Shown: piece after piece, positions 1-15,291 of the stretch
Layout: every line of letters begins with the position of its first letter
How positions within the stretch are numbered: position 1 is the stretch's first letter
NCBI GenBank assembly: GCA_030141605.1
Contig: JAQGDQ010000014.1
Coordinates: 372,001-436,000, forward strand
DNA: 64,000 bases
Origin: Tubiluchus corallicola
Taxonomy: Eukaryota > Animalia > Priapulida
Reading direction: 5' to 3'
Program-made: the position numbers and the translations under genes
The notes under the pieces: generated by a model
Told to the model about the DNA's origin: nothing
The model's input: the letters and a program-made list of their open reading frames with translations, nothing else
The model's database searches: none

Positions 1-2237
1 TTGATGCAAGAGACTAATGACAGCCTACGTAATATCCCGAAATAGAGATGATTTTGTTACGCCTGCTGACGATTCTTATATTTTTACAAGATACTGAAAT
101 TAATAGCTATTCATTATCATGTAGACAATTGCTGATTGTTATACAGATAGACTAGTTTATTACTGTTATAATTTCCCCAAAATGCTTAAAATAGACATCT
201 TGTACAGAATATGACATCATATGATCTAGAATATTGGTAATTAATTTTGTCCTTATTCATCATCTTAGTTTTCGCTCAGTTTTTGCAAGTATGTAAATAA
301 CCTCTATAGTTTGTAGTTTTGTTGATTTTCAGTAATTTTATAATTATTTTTTTTTCATAATAGTAGTTGTAGATGACGCTATTGCCAATATCCAATTAGT
401 CGCATACGTTGTATATGACTGACTGGTATGTTGCCTCCGGTACGATGTATAAATTTCTTACGTGCAATGCATTTTTACTTTATATGCATAAGTTCTTCAT
501 TGAGAAATAAAGATTTTATCTACCTACCTATCTATCTATTTTTGTCATTAACGAGTGGAATACCATTAGCAATCAGATCTTTGACTGATAAACCACATAA
601 AAATGCTATTTCAATGAAGTAGAATTTTATTTGTACCCTTCGGGTCTATTTTAAGTCTGGCTTTTATTATAAAAATGATATTATTATAATAAATGCTTAA
701 AAAACCGGTTTTGAAAGAACGTACCATTTTATTATAAAGCTAATAAGAAACCAAGGAAACTAAGGAAAATTTACCTCTTTGCTCAAAACTATGTATATTT
801 TAGCTAAATAAACTAAGGAGCTATTGAAATAAAACTTTTGCTTTATAGTTAAACTAATGTGTAAGCGTTTGTTGTTCATTGAAATCGAAGTTTGGCATAT
901 GTATAATACTAAAAACGAAGCAGAAACGAGGATATGATGATTTGACCGAGAGTTATAGCTTAATGGCGGCGTCCTCGCTTGCCCTCCACGAGGTAGACTG
1001 TTTAACTACTGTATTATTGGTTCTTTGACCAAGCAAGCTGGTTTATCGCAGTTACGCGCGGATAATAATCGGAATTACCTTTAAAATAATATTGAATTAC
1101 TTTAAGGTGTTATCCCTAGACTATTATATGTCATGGTCATGATGATGATGACGACGACGACGATGATGATGAAGACAACGATGATGATGGTGATAATGGT
1201 GGCGATGATCATTATGATGATTGAATGAGAATTCGATAGCTATTTCCAGAATGGACGAGGTATGCAGCTGGATGACTTTGAGCAGAAGTTGACCGTTTTT
1301 AGTTAAGGGGTTCTCACTGTGAATCTGGAGGATTCATTGTTATTTGTTTAAACGTCGTATGCATAATTAGTCAGTATCTGTGTAGTAATGGTTCTTATCA
1401 ATACTTATCAACATTTATGTTCAGATTGTGTTGCATCAGTTACACCATAATTAACTGATTTTCTTTAGCTGCAAATGTTATTAGTAAAACTATATAAGCA
1501 AATGCATTTTGTATGCGATGTTCCTTTATTGTTTTGACTTTGAATTACTTCAACTTGCTGGCTTATCGTGCAGTCTGCTGCTGTTATTAATGATGATAAA
1601 ACGACTTGTCCCAAGAGAACGATATTGTATTAATTAATAACGGACCGGCAGTGTGTAAATCAAAGCGATGGCTTCTCGAGTAACTGCCGTGCCCGACAAA
1701 ACAATGCAACGATGGGTCACTAAGCACAGTTTTTCAACTGATAGAAAGAGAGAGAACATTTTTTCAGCGAGCTTGATCCGGTTTATTGATATTCTGATTG
1801 TGCACCTGATTGCCATACAGCCTAGCTTCTTGCTGTAGCTTTTTCATATTCTTTTCACGTTCTAAGATCCTCTGACTCAAGGGAACATTTCTTCTGTTTC
1901 CTGGTTAGCTTGTTCATTTAGGCTGTTCATTATGAACGGTATAAACATAAAGCCCTTTGGTTATTGATAAGAATTATCCGATCACGCCCCTGGAGAATGG
2001 ATTTCGACTTGGGCAATAATGTAGTCAATTAGACACAAGCCTATTTTGTAAGCTTTTAATGTGGTTATTGACATTGGAACGTGAACATGATTTCCTGGGT
2101 CCCCGTTGCAAACAAGCTCAGCTGTGATTTTGTTGTTGTTGAGGTTATTAAGTGAATAAATAGAGTAAGAGCAAGTGTGAGCAGAGAAGAAATAAAAATT
2201 TTCATTTTACTTAACAAAAATAAGAAATGTGATAACA

Positions 2238-2363
2238 CCCATTGCTAATTGGCTACTTTATATAAAACTACGGCCCATTTTTTAGTTTTAACAATATATA
2301 TATATATTGTTAAAACTAAAAAATGGGCCGTAGTTTTATATAAAGTAGCCAATTAGCAATGGG
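2238..2363. repeat. Perfect 126-bp palindrome (63-bp arms, centred in a TA run)
   Basis: CCCATTGCTAATTGGCTAC...AACAATATATA|TATATATTGTT...GTAGCCAATTAGCAATGGG; symmetry axis between 2300 and 2301. Confidence 0.95.
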
Positions 2364-2364
2364 C

Positions 2365-5300
2365 TAATATATATATATATATATTATATTATATATAATA
2401 TATATATATTGCCATCATATTACATGGCACACATAAAAAATTAAAAATAGACTACAATAATATTTTTTTAATAAAAATATGTATAGTTTAATACACATAA
2501 AAACGTATAGAGAAGACGGAAATAAAATCACACGCTAGTTGACACATATTTCATTAATGATGCAGTCGATATCATTTGACTGTGTAGTATATATTCACGC
2601 AAATCCATCATTTCTTTTAAAACGCTAACATTATTTTTAATATCAACAGGAATGTTCTTATAGTAGTAAAATATCACGTAGAGACGTCAAATTATGAGCC
2701 ACAATTTTGTCTGAGCATAAGTTTTCAGTAACATTGTTGCAAAAAGACGAAATCAGGCTACAAAGAGCAGTGTGAGCCACGTGACTAATCACTGGCACAT
2801 GATGATTTAAAACACTGTTTGTAAATTTGCCGAATTTTAATTTATAAATGATTTCTGAAGGAAGCAATCAGAAAGAAGAGTAATGATATTACAATATGTT
2901 CCAGGAGATAAGCGCCACATCATTCGAAAAGCATTTCTCCATGCAGCAAAGAATTTAGCAACACAGTGACTAGGCAGGTTCCAAAAGTGTACGCCATAAA
3001 AACTACAACAGTATTGTTTAAACAATTTACATTGTAAGTCAGGATGAATTTGACCAAAACCAGTATTAAGAATATTAAAATTTTCCCAAAATTTTGTTAT
3101 AGCAAAGGAAGTCACACTATCATCATCAGTTGTACTTAAATTATGACCAAAATGTACAACACCGTCAATGTTTGTTAGAAAAACGCGGCTTACAAAAAAA
3201 TTGGCGTTTCATGGTAACACAAATGCGGCCAGTAAAGGTCATAAACTTACCTTTTTCACCGTTAAATACAACATCATGGTCAGTAGCATATTTTTCACAT
3301 TTTACAACAATTAGCTTTAACCCTTTCAAAGAAGGGGCTAAAAATGAGATCATCTGTATATCCCAAACAAACTGTATAATAATATCCAAAATGGCAACCA
3401 ACGTCACTTTTTAAGTCTGTCAAATAAGCCATCAATGTACAGTGCAAATAAAACAGTCGAAAGGACTCCACCTTGCTTCACGCCATTTTTATACAAAATT
3501 TATCATTTAATTCACTGCCCCATTTGACCTGTAAAGTTTGATTAGTGTACATATATAACATAAACCGTACCACAGTAGGGACATACTTTTGTAAATGAGT
3601 TTTCTAAACAACTTACAATAATTTACTCGATTGAATGCTTTGGCTGCATCCAGTAACAGAGTGTACACATTACTTCTTTTACAATTATAATAGTTTATGG
3701 TTTCAGACATAACAAACGTACACTGAGACTTAAGCCTTAAAACCGAATTGCAGTTCAGAATTATTTAATGCAGCATTTTCCTTATCCAAAAAACGATCAA
3801 ATCAAATATTTTACCAATTACACTAGTGAGTGCAATTGGTCTGTAATTATGAGAACGTGAAAGTAATTTGCTTTTTCCTTTGGGAATAGGTAACACGGCC
3901 CGCACATCATACTATCTAGAGTAACACCATGATAATCTTAATTTTAAATACACAAACAACAAATTCTTCCCGTATATTATCTGATCAGAATTTAGGCCTT
4001 CCTCTCTAATTTACTTTGCTTAAGCTTACGTACACACTTGATCACGTCATCAGCACTAATTCTATATACTTCTTCTTCTCAGCTTTTCCCTATGCGGGGT
4101 CGCCGTTGTGAATAAGTTTTCTCCATGCATTCCTGTTGTTGACCATCTCTTCATTTATGTTCTTCTCTCTAAGGTCTCCGTTTATGCATTCAAACCATCT
4201 CAGCTTGGGTCGTCCTCTTTTTCTATTTCTATATACATTACTAGTATATTGCTCAGCTAATTGTCTTATGATTTCTGATTTCATCTTTTCCATTTCAGTA
4301 TCATTATATGGGACACAGTTACATGATTTTTTATATTTGTAACTAAACACCTTCACAATTTCATCGTCACCACTACAGCCGTCAATAGATGCAGGAGAAG
4401 CACGGTTCCGACCTTTAATCTTTTTTACCTCTCTACATAAATCACGTTGCCTATTACTAGCAATAGCTTCAACCATTTTTTGCATTTTTATTTTTTACCA
4501 TCTTTTCGTATTCTTTTTACTGCTCTACGGTATCTTGCAGGGCTGATACGATCTGACCGTCATGTGGTTGACCGCATGACTTCCATTGGTTATTCCACAT
4601 TAAAAATTCACTTCGTAAATGTTCAACATAATCAGACCAACCGGGTACATTGTTAGTCTCAGACACATTGTTGGACCCTGAGCCAGTCTTGGGAATACAT
4701 TCATATGCGTCAATGCAAGCATTAATTACATCACTATATAGAGCACGTAAATCGGTTAAATGTGCTGAACAATGAATATTGCTATATTGTAATATCGCTT
4801 TATCATACACATTTTTTAAGATTGATATTTAATCTACATTATCATTATTAGTTGCTTTACACCAAGCCACTTTAGGAACATAGGTTCTTTCCTTTAAATC
4901 AAAGTGAGTGGTTCAAATTAATCTAAATATCAATACTGACAGGAACGTGGTCCGAATGTATATTATTGTCTATTACAGTACAAGATTTTACGTTTTCTGG
5001 TAAATCACTCGACCTCAAAACATCATCAATTCTAGACATAGGACCATTGTATGTATATGGAACACTGGCATGTTCAATGCCAAAGACTTCCACGTATTCA
5101 GCATCATTATCATCCTGATAATAGAAATCGTATGGCATATAAGCGTTGATCACTAGTATTGCAAAATATCCGCGTCCCTCATTATGGTCTTGATAAAATC
5201 AAACTTCGGACCCGATGCCCTAAAATCTTTACAATTAAAAATTTTAAGAATTTGTCAACGGCCATGTTAAAATAAATTAAAATTAAAGTTGACTACCAGC

Positions 5301-5620
5301 GGACTTGTCTTCGTTACTCATTGATTCCTTGTTATTGGACGAATTACTATCAAACCATCTTTCTTCTCAGCTCTATGCCATCAACGAATACAGATATCAC
5401 CTGGCGAGAATTGTGGGTCCGTGATCTTTGCAGTATCCCCTATTGAAACGGAAACATTGAAAGAGTTAAACTTCGACAAATCATGACTTTTCTTTTTTGA
5501 AATTTGATGCACATTCACATTTTAATTTTCAAATTAAGCAGCCATTTTCGCCCTGCAGTTTTTACTCAGAGCTAAAATACTACGCAACAGCAATTAAGTT
5601 AATTAAAATGGCGTAACTGC
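2365..5620 (-). mobile_element. Near full-length decayed non-LTR retrotransposon (LINE: ORF1 C-terminus, APE endonuclease, RT); clade uncertain, possibly Proto2/CR1-group
   Basis: Minus-strand frameshifted fragments in the expected order. ORF1-type NSFNVSV...DPQFSPGDICIR*W (~5380-5470); endonuclease INAYMPYD...SRID...HSDHVPV (4923-5153); PGWSDYV; RT motifs LLDAAKAFNRVNY, NGVKQGGVLSTVLFALYIDGL (~3420-3490), GYTDDL; then YCCSFYG..W and WRNAFR.MWRL. Ends at a (TA)n tract. Confidence 0.85.
4070..4226 (-). mobile_element. 5'-truncated RTE-clade LINE 3' end inserted within the larger LINE
   Basis: Encodes RKRGRPKLRWFECINGDLREKNI...NRNAWRKLIHNGDPA*, typical of an RTE C-terminus, followed by a (GAA)n tail. 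Flanked by the 10-bp direct repeat TTCTATATAC (4060-4069, 4227-4236). Confidence 0.85.
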
Positions 5621-5989
5621 GTTGTTTTCATGGCTGCGTGACAAAGATTAAAGAGTAAGTGTAACTTAGAATTCACTTGTCGATTAAGACGGTTAGTAAT
5701 TTTAAATTAATATTAATTAGGTAATAAACTACGTTGGTTTAAATAATAGACACTATAGAACAGACAAGTCTGATAATTAGGTCTGCGCAGTTTGCTTATA
5801 GTGTCCAAAAGAATGTCAATTTATTTACATTACAATTTGCAGTTACATGCTTAACGTTAGTTATAGTGCACCTGGCACCGAAATGACTTGTACTAAAGGT
5901 ATTTCGAGACAGATTTTCATTTTCTTTTTCTCGAATTCCTATTAAAGAACGAATTATGCACGAATTATTGGTTGCTATACATAACGGCA

Positions 5990-6120
5990 TATTCTTATAT
6001 TATATTGCTTCTTACTAGATGTATATTCTTATTGCTACATTGATCATGTACAATATCACTTTGGTTGATAGTATTGATATTCTCATAGTATGGGTTCTCA
6101 CGTTCCCATACTAAATTAGT

Positions 6121-6163
<43 letters not shown>

Positions 6164-6560
6164 CACTAATTCGGTTGATTAGCCCTAATATTATATTGTA
6201 TGGAGTACGTTTTAATACTACATTGGTTTATGTGCATCCTTATATTACATCGGTTGACGTACATTCTCACACTACATTGGTTGATGGATATTATCATACT
6301 TCACTGGCTGATATACGTTCTCATGCTAAACTGGTTGACATACATTTTCACATTGTGTTGGCTGATGTACATCCACACACTATGTTGCATTGTGCATTGC
6401 ATTTCTCAATTTCTTATACTGCATTGGTTGTTGCACATTATCATACTACAGTGGTTGACGTGCATTCTCACATAGCATTGAATCTTCATTCACATTCTCG
6501 TACTTATTGGTTGATATATCTTTTCATACCATATTCTGCTGATGCAAACTCTCATATTAT
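5990..6560. repeat. Degenerate ~30-bp minisatellite interrupted by (TA)n
   Basis: Recurrent unit resembling CATTGGTTGATRTACATTCTCATACTA; (TA)n at ~6122-6160. Explains the spurious His-rich ORFs. Confidence 0.75.
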
Positions 6561-9500
6561 GTAGCATGCACATTTTCACCAATGTCACTTTATTAATCAA
6601 AGTTGTATTCTTTTACGTAAGGAAAATATAGTGAAACGTACGGACTGCTTTGTTTAGTTTTTAATAACTAATTTCATTGATATGTGGAAAAATTATAATA
6701 ATTAGATTAATAAATATAACACCGACTCATGTTTCCCAGATGGCAAAGAAGAGATAGCCAGCTATTTGATTTAGATACAAATAATATAAATCAGGGAGTC
6801 CAGTGTTACCTACTGAACATTCGCGTGCCTCTGCACTTATTAATTTTCACTAATTACTGCCAAAAGAGTTATCAGACATGGCTTGTGACACATTCTAGTG
6901 GACGTGCATCGTTGAAACCTAGCTTTCTGTTGTACTATTAACAGCATTAATAATGCAGGCTGAGAAAATGATCAATATGGCATAGGTCTGCTGGCTTGCA
7001 ATGTAAACCAGTGATGTGCTTGCTGCTCATTATAATACTCCTAATCTGAATCTGTTTTGATTATAGTGTTTGTCGTACAGCAGCGGTTGCAGAGATTTTA
7101 GCAAGCAGATCATAATGTTCAGGATCTTCGGTGGCTTGTCTCTATTCATTCATTAGGGTCGAGAACCGAGGCATTTTAGTCACCTGTTATAATGAGAGAA
7201 ATGGTTTAAATATTCATTTTGCAAAAGTACTAATTACTTTGATGCGGTAAAGTAAGTGTGTAGAATATTGTTCTGATCTGTGTCAGGTTACCAGAAATGT
7301 ATTTCCTGGATTTTTTAAGCTGTAAGCGAGGATAATGACGCGAAATTCTACGTCAGCGACAGTTTTTTAATTCTGCCTTAAACCCTTGCTGAGAACTAAA
7401 TACGATACCCGCCTGGAAGGTAATAGTTTTCGTTACTTCACGCAGTGATTTAAATTTCGTGTGAAATATCGAAATTCCCTCGGACCGAAAGCCTATTAGA
7501 CGTGATCAATCAAAATTCTTCCTGCGATTGTTTGCTTTTTGGCAGGGTTCTCATTTTTCCTGGCTGAATACAGTGGTGAAATTACACACAATAGCAATTC
7601 CACCTTTCCGGGGAAATTGTTTCGCGAAGCCACTGAAAGCCCAAACGAGGGTTAACAGAGTACACGGCAAGGCGTCACGTTCAGTCCCTTACTGTTTGAT
7701 TATTATATCTGGACTTTCTTCTATTGAGCAATAGCTCTCATGTGTGTTTTAATCTCATGATTGCCATTCCACGGGTGCTTTTAGCTGACAAGATTATGAT
7801 AATGTGAACTGATGACACAATGTCGTTTCTTGTTATTCATCGGGTTAACGTGACTCTGATTGCGCTGGCATCTAGAGTCAATAGCGTACTATGTGGTCAA
7901 TACTGTGGGGCCAAGCGCTCTATCAGCTTACTTATCGACAGCAACGCAAGCCGATATTCGCTGAATTAGACTACCCAACGATCAATTTGCAAAATCAACT
8001 TTTTTCGTTGCTGCAAGACGCATCGTTTTGATGACAAGCTCGTATCACGTTATGCGTTTTATTAAAATGCGCGCGCCCGCAGTTCACCCTGCAATGTAAT
8101 TGGGTTAAATAGAGGAAGTTGGCAAATAAGTGTAAAGCATGAACAGCAAACACAGAGAAAGATTTTGTGTGAATAAAACAAAATTAAATACCGAAAACAC
8201 ATTTAACTGAATAGTGGTGTAACAGTTGTTTCAGAAGTCTGTGAAAGATGATTTTTCCATTCACTGTCAAAATTTATTTTCTTTTGAACGTATCATGTTA
8301 ATATTGCAGTGTGCCCAGGACAATTTCAATCATAAAATTGATAATTTTTGTTAAACATAATAAACAATCTAGATTCATAATTTTGTACTGAAAGAAGTAA
8401 GTTGTGTGAATGGTTGAAGCACAGTTAAATCAATTTCCAATGAATTTATCAATCTATGAATGTACAAATAAATTTTAGTCTATTTTTATGGTTGTATGAT
8501 GGATACACCAGCCTATATCAACTTACAACACTTAGTGAAAGACTGGTATATACTATAATTGCCCAACATTAAGTTTTGCCTTTCTCGTTACTAAATTCGT
8601 TTTTCGATTTACCTAGAATTTCGATCTGTTGGATATTAATTTTGCTCGACAATTTATGATGTTTTTGCAGCAGGTTTCAGCAGAATTTGCATTAACTTAA
8701 GTGCACAAAACCAGTCTGGTACTGCAGCTATGATGACCGTGATACGCTAAAAATGTTTGCTACACAGATCGTAATTTTAGCCAGATATTATCGAAATTTA
8801 ACACGTTTTATGGGTTTAACCATTCAAACATTGTCGTTTAATAAACAGTTTCATCTCGGCATGTAATCATGGCATGAATGTAGACTGTATAATATATTCC
8901 ACGCGATCCCCAAGTCTAGTATATTGCTTGTTATAAAATGTTATTGCAGGCTGATGCGACGAGGTTTTTGATGAAGATTATGTTACGCCAGAAATGCAGC
9001 TGTGACATGAAGGAGACCTTCAGGGCGATGATACGATTTCATGCCTACACAACGTTTGCTTACAGATTTGTGGTGTGAATAAAAACTATAATGGATGACG
9101 CAAGTTGTTTTAAAATAATGCAGAAGTCTTGTACAAAGCATTTAATGTAATTTGTGTGCCGTTGTTGTAATTTAGGAGTCCTATTAGGTAAGAGTTCTAG
9201 TCTCACACTCAGATTGGAAGTCATTTAATAAGTGAATATATTTAAAACAATAAGATCTCGATTCGATGAGGTAGTCGATTCGAGTAGATTCGATGCTGAT
9301 TTGTGACATTTTGTAGCTGTTTTATTCCTGCCTCAGATAATTAATTATACAGAAAAAACTGTGAATAAATTGCATCCTTGAGCCACATTTTTGCTATTCA
9401 TGAATATTTTGCATATCTTTTAATGGCAGCTGAGCTTAATCATGATCATGAACTTATTGTCACGCAGGTGTTTCGCACAGAAGCAAATGAAGTCTCAATT

Positions 9501-10364
9501 TAAAGACCCTTAGTTCAGGTTACCTATGACATATTGTAGCAGTTTTTGTGCTTTTTTTCTGAGGTCATCATCCATTATTTAACAAGTTAAGCGAGTTCAC
9601 TTATTGCTGCATCCTAACACCTTACGCCTTTGTTTGCATTTTTGGAAGAAAGAGCCTTTGGTGATGTCCGACTTCCATAATGATCAATAAATTCTTGTGA
9701 AGTTCATTTGTCATATTTCAATCTTTGATCTCAGATTGTACTTCAGATAATCTGTGTCACTTAGACTTTTAGACCTTTTAGTGCATACATAGGATTGCAT
9801 CCATTTAGTGTACTTTGACTTTGAACTTAGTCAGGCTCGTGAACAACATTTAAAATTAAACTTTGTTTGCTTTACTTCAGTCATACATCTTTATACCAGC
9901 GTCATGTTGCCTTTAATGGAATTGACAACTTTAGGTCGCGTTTTTTCATTTACCATTACCGTCACGTTACCGTCGAAGATAGAGGTTAAGAATAATAGCT
10001 TATGAGCCTCTCCGCTCTTCCTTTACTTCATGGTAGTAAGAACACATGTTGCCACACTGCGATCATGAAGAGTGGCATAAGACTTCCTGATGCCATTGTG
10101 GAAACCTAGGTTCTATAATTGTATTCTTCTGGATTATATTTCCAATGTTTATCAAGCCGAAGCTTGAATTGGGCAGGATCAGAGGATTGAACTAATTAAA
10201 TTTGTTCGCTTTAATTAAAATGCATCTCGAAATGCTGTAGTATGATAATGTGGGCAAAAATTACGATACGCTTTAATGATTATTTCAACTTTGACGTCTC
10301 AAAACCACAATTTTTTGTGTTGCTGTTGAATATCAAACGTCACAGATGTTTTCAAAACATGCTA

Positions 10365-11050
10365 CTTCAGCACAGCATTGGGTGCAACTCAGCAGAGCAC
10401 ATTGAGCACAATGCAATACAGTCAGACAAAGCACAGTGTAGCACAGCCTAGCATGCACAACTCAGCCTGACAAAGTACATCACATCCCAACACACGCAGC
10501 ACAGCCAGACAAACACAACACAGTCCAACACACAGCAGCACAGCCCGAGAAACAGGACAGGGCAGCGTAGCAGACACATCACAGTCTGACAAAGCACAGT
10601 ACAGCCCAATACACGCAGCACAGCCGGACAAACATAGCGCAGCCCAACACACAACACAGCATGACAAACACAACGCAGACCAACACACAGCTAGACAAAC
10701 GCAGCACAGCACAGTCTGACAAAGCATATCACAGTACAGCGTAGCAGACGCAGCATAGCCTGACAAAACAACGCAGCCAGACAAACACAGCACAGCACAG
10801 CGTAGCAGACACAATACAGCCCGACAAAGCACAGCACAACCGAACACACGCAACACAGCCAGAAAACAACACATCCCAGCACACAACAGCACAGCGCAAC
10901 TTATAAAATAGAGTCTTGTAAAGCGTAATTTAGCATAAAACATCACAGTACAACACAGCACAGTACAAAACAATGCAACGCAAGTTCATACGTGACATCA
11001 CAGTACAACACTGCACAGTACAATACAATGCAACGCAAGTTCATACATGA
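10365..11050. repeat. Degenerate CACAG-based minisatellite ending in two 55-bp tandem copies
   Basis: Repeated CAGCACAGCC(A/G)GACAAA(G)CACAG-like units. 10941-10995 and 10996-11050 are near-identical 55-mers. Explains the Cys-rich minus-strand ORFs. Confidence 0.85.
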
Positions 11051-11417
11051 CAAACCTTAAACCACTTAATTCAGGCCAGACGCACAAGGTGACAACATTT
11101 TTATTACATTTACACATTCTTAGCTTGTTTAATACCCCAACCACAGAGCTAGTACCAGCAGTGTTTTATGTTTCGTGTTTCAGTGAACAGGAACTGTTAA
11201 CATGATGTGTGGCAAATGTAACGCTGGTCTGTCTGGCTTCCAGTACCCAGATCAGGATGTAGATTTCTGTAAAATCGATATTAAGGGTTCTAATGGTTAT
11301 TGACAATAAACTGTGAATGCATGGTAAATAGTCATAAAGTAAAATAACGACAACTCGTGCGCGCCGCGAAAAAATTCGTTAATTTGATCATATAGTGTTC
11401 AACCCTTTAATCAATGG

Positions 11418-11640
11418 AAATAAGTAAGTAAGCAACCAGACAAGCAAGCAAGCGAATGGACAGGCAAGTAAGTAAGAAAGCAAGCAAATAAATAAATAGA
11501 TAGATAGATAGAGAAATAAGCAAATAAGTAAGTAACTAAGTAAGTAAGTGAGTGAGTAAGCAAACAAGCAGGTAACTAAATAAATAAATAAATGAATACC
11601 TGCATAAATAAATAAATAAATAACTAAATATTTAAATTAG
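11418..11640. repeat. Compound tetranucleotide microsatellite (TAAG/AAGC/TAAA/GATA)
   Basis: Directly visible. Confidence 0.8.
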
Positions 11641-12487
11641 TAAATGCATTGGCAATTTCAAGTCGGGCTTCGAGAATGGCTGACCATATGGGGCTAATAA
11701 TGTACCAGGAAGGTGAGTACCTCGTTTTTTGTTTTTTGTTACCTCGTTTGAGAGCTGGTCGAGAGTGCAAGGCGTAAGTGTATCATTAGGTTCATATAGT
11801 TTGGTTCTAAACTAACCTGGGTTTTCCCGCCTAAGGGTTAAATGAAATAAATCCGTATCTAATATCTTTATTAAGGAAATGAGCTGGCAAAAATATTTTG
11901 CGAACTGTAAAGAATGCTGATACGATCTCCGATCGAAGTTTTCTGAATAACTAAAACGTACAAAATTTATGCAGAAAAACTGGTTGATATGCAGATAGCA
12001 ATTATCACAGCAAGAAATAGCTAGAAGGTCTTACCAAGTTAAAACTATCAAAACTTCACATATTCACGTAACATCAAAGACACTGTCCCTTACCGAGTTT
12101 CAAAAATCACGTGTCTAAATTCTTAATCAACTTTTAATTAAAATTAAATTTGACACTCATCATGTCCATAGTTTTGCGAATTCTTGTTCTCTCGCCTGTG
12201 GGGATTTCTTGACAGTAATTAAATTTCGATGATTACAATTATTATTATTATTATTATCTTCGTCTTGGTAAATGAAATTTTCTGAAAATGGAGGCGTAAT
12301 TAAATATACCTAATGTCTTTACATTGTTTGTGCTGTATGGGGCAGGTTTAATCGGCTCATAAATTTAATTATTTTTATTCCTCTATGCGGCACATACATT
12401 GAGCTTAATTGTCCTTGTACCATGTCTTTTGTTGCTTCTTCTCAGTTGCCTTCTCCAAGAAAGAATGAGAAGTAGGAAAGAGAAGAA

Positions 12488-12925
<438 letters not shown>

Positions 12926-15291
12926 TGAATTGAACTGACAGTTTTATACAGCCTGGTTTCTTCTTCCTGTTTCTTTTTTATATTCTTTTCACATGCTAAG
13001 ATGCTCTGTCTCAAGGGACACACACAAATATTTCTTCTGTTTTCTGATTAGTTTATTCATTTAGGTTGTTCATTGTAGAGCCCTGTTGTTATTCTTGTTG
13101 ATGAGTGAAAATAACAACAGCAGCGACAGTGGCGGTGACTCCGGCAGTAGCAAAGAAAACAACAAATCAGCAAAGCCGCTTGCCACTTAACTTCTTAACC
13201 TCTGTAGATTCTAGCTTTCTTTTAATCTTAAAAATTTAGAAATATGTTTCAGTGTAACAATAAATGTCTTTTGTGCAGAACTGTTATAACAGCTGATAAA
13301 AATATTTGACGAATAGTGCAGTTAAAAATGAACTGACAACATGATTTAGCTGTTTTAACACGCTGCCATGTATGTTATCAAGCATACTGTAGGTGCCGTG
13401 GACCATGTCAAACATTTACCAAACAGAGCAATGGCCCATTATAATGCTTACGTATCGCATGCATTAGATACTGGATTGGATTTATTATGTAATAACATAT
13501 TAACATGCGAGTGTGTATACAATACACCGCCTGGCTCTGGGGGTTTGCTGAAATGTCCAGCGCTGTATGGCTTGAGAAGCCATTTTACCACTTCCATTGA
13601 AGCCGTTCTTGCAATTCGGTCCATTTCGTGGATGACCTACTAATCATCAATAAGTGGGAATTGGGTAGCGATTATTGAAACGTTGAAAGAGTGGCAGAGT
13701 TGTGTGCTAAGATGACTAATAATGTTTGCCAACATTTTGTTTGAAATTGTTATTTACTGTAGCGGAAGATTTTACGGGCATGTTTAGAACATGCTGTTAT
13801 TGATTATGTTTCTTTGATTATTACGTTTTTATTATTTAATTAAATATCACGTGATCTGTTCTATCTTAGCTGATCACCCTCGAGAATTATTCACGAGTAT
13901 AGTATCAAGTACTGGGTACACTTGCTTGTTTGTTCGTCTCCAAAATAATATTGTATACACATTCGCTTGCTAACGTGTTATTACGTAATAAATCCAATCC
14001 TGTAATAATGAACGGGATACCTAAGCATATAATGGCCATTGCTCACTTTGTGAAATGCTTAATATGGTCCTCATGTTAACACGGCACACACAGTACGTAT
14101 GCTTGGCAACATACATACCAACATTATTAAAACAGCTAAATCACTTTGTTTTTTAAAATTTGTCAATTCACTTTTAACTGCGTTATTCGCCAAACAGTTG
14201 ATATTAATATCACTAAACCAGTCATCAATTCAAAAGGTTTAGGGTATTCTTTTCCTGCCACGAATATTCCTGCAGTGATAAAAGGTCAAAGGTCAGGGAC
14301 TCAACTTTTCATTTTACGAAAATATGGCGTCTGGTATTTCACCATGTGTGTGAACCAGCGTTCTGCATATTCTCAAAATGGAACTTGACAATCAATGAAA
14401 GTTTTGGATCATTTTGGGGGTCTGTGAGTTGTAAGCGGCGGGAAGAATTCGCCATTTCAAAATGTTTTATTAAGACCTGCAAGTTAAACTTTATGCTCAA
14501 CATTTAACTGATCCGTGGCCTAGCATTCCAACAAATAATTTTGCGAAGCTCAAGTGCAAATAGTCTGTGTGGTACCGCACAACTCTGAGGTTCAACAAGA
14601 TCGTGAAATTTGGTGCTAAATCGCAGTAATCGCTTCAAGTGTGAAAGTTAACTCGCTTTCTTAAACCACTTTTTGGCTTTTATGAAGAAAAAAGTGCGGT
14701 ATTTCTCTCAGACGACGCCTGGTCACTCTAATATGTTGTCCCCAGTTGTATGCAGCTGTTAACTTCTTCACGACTAGCGTTTCCCGTATTTCCTCTTCTA
14801 ATGTAGGTGTAACAAAGTAACGTGAGCGTAGTTAATTACGTGCGCTGGGGCTTCGAGTTATGTGCGTTCACAGCCTTTTCGTGTTATGCGCTGCGAGTCA
14901 TTAATGATAGTTTCAATTACAGTTATCATCAGATGCTCTACGGGTATGAGGGATGATAATGAGAGGATGTACAGTAGTTTATTACGATTTGGGAGGCGGC
15001 TATTGCTGCTGCTGTAGACATAATTGGGCGGTGATTAATGAGGACTTAATGATTATTCACTATTTGAAATTAATTATGCAAAAGATGGATTCATACTTGC
15101 CGGCTTAAGTATATTTAAACTAAATTCAGTAATTCAGTTTTGTAAACTGTTTATATATCTGGTATTTTGCGCTTCTGCGAACTGTCACTGATGCTTTGTT
15201 GTTCTTATATTTTTATACAATATAATTATTCTTGCGATTCACAGTATCAAAAGATCCAATATAGAACTTGATGCATGAAATTATTCATCGA

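Noticed and set aside
9267-9290. let-7-like TGAGGTAGT (also a miR-7-like 3' end at ~2124 and miR-34-like TGGCAGTG at ~34179)
   Set aside because: Only partial matches with no convincing precursor hairpin; the last lies inside the transposon repeat array.
10422-10973. Cys-rich metallothionein- or keratin-associated-like ORFs
   Set aside because: Antisense translation of the CACAG minisatellite.
14895-14940. Minus-strand CTGATGA...GAAA resembling a hammerhead ribozyme core
   Set aside because: Stem II does not pair properly, and no supporting stems I/III are evident.
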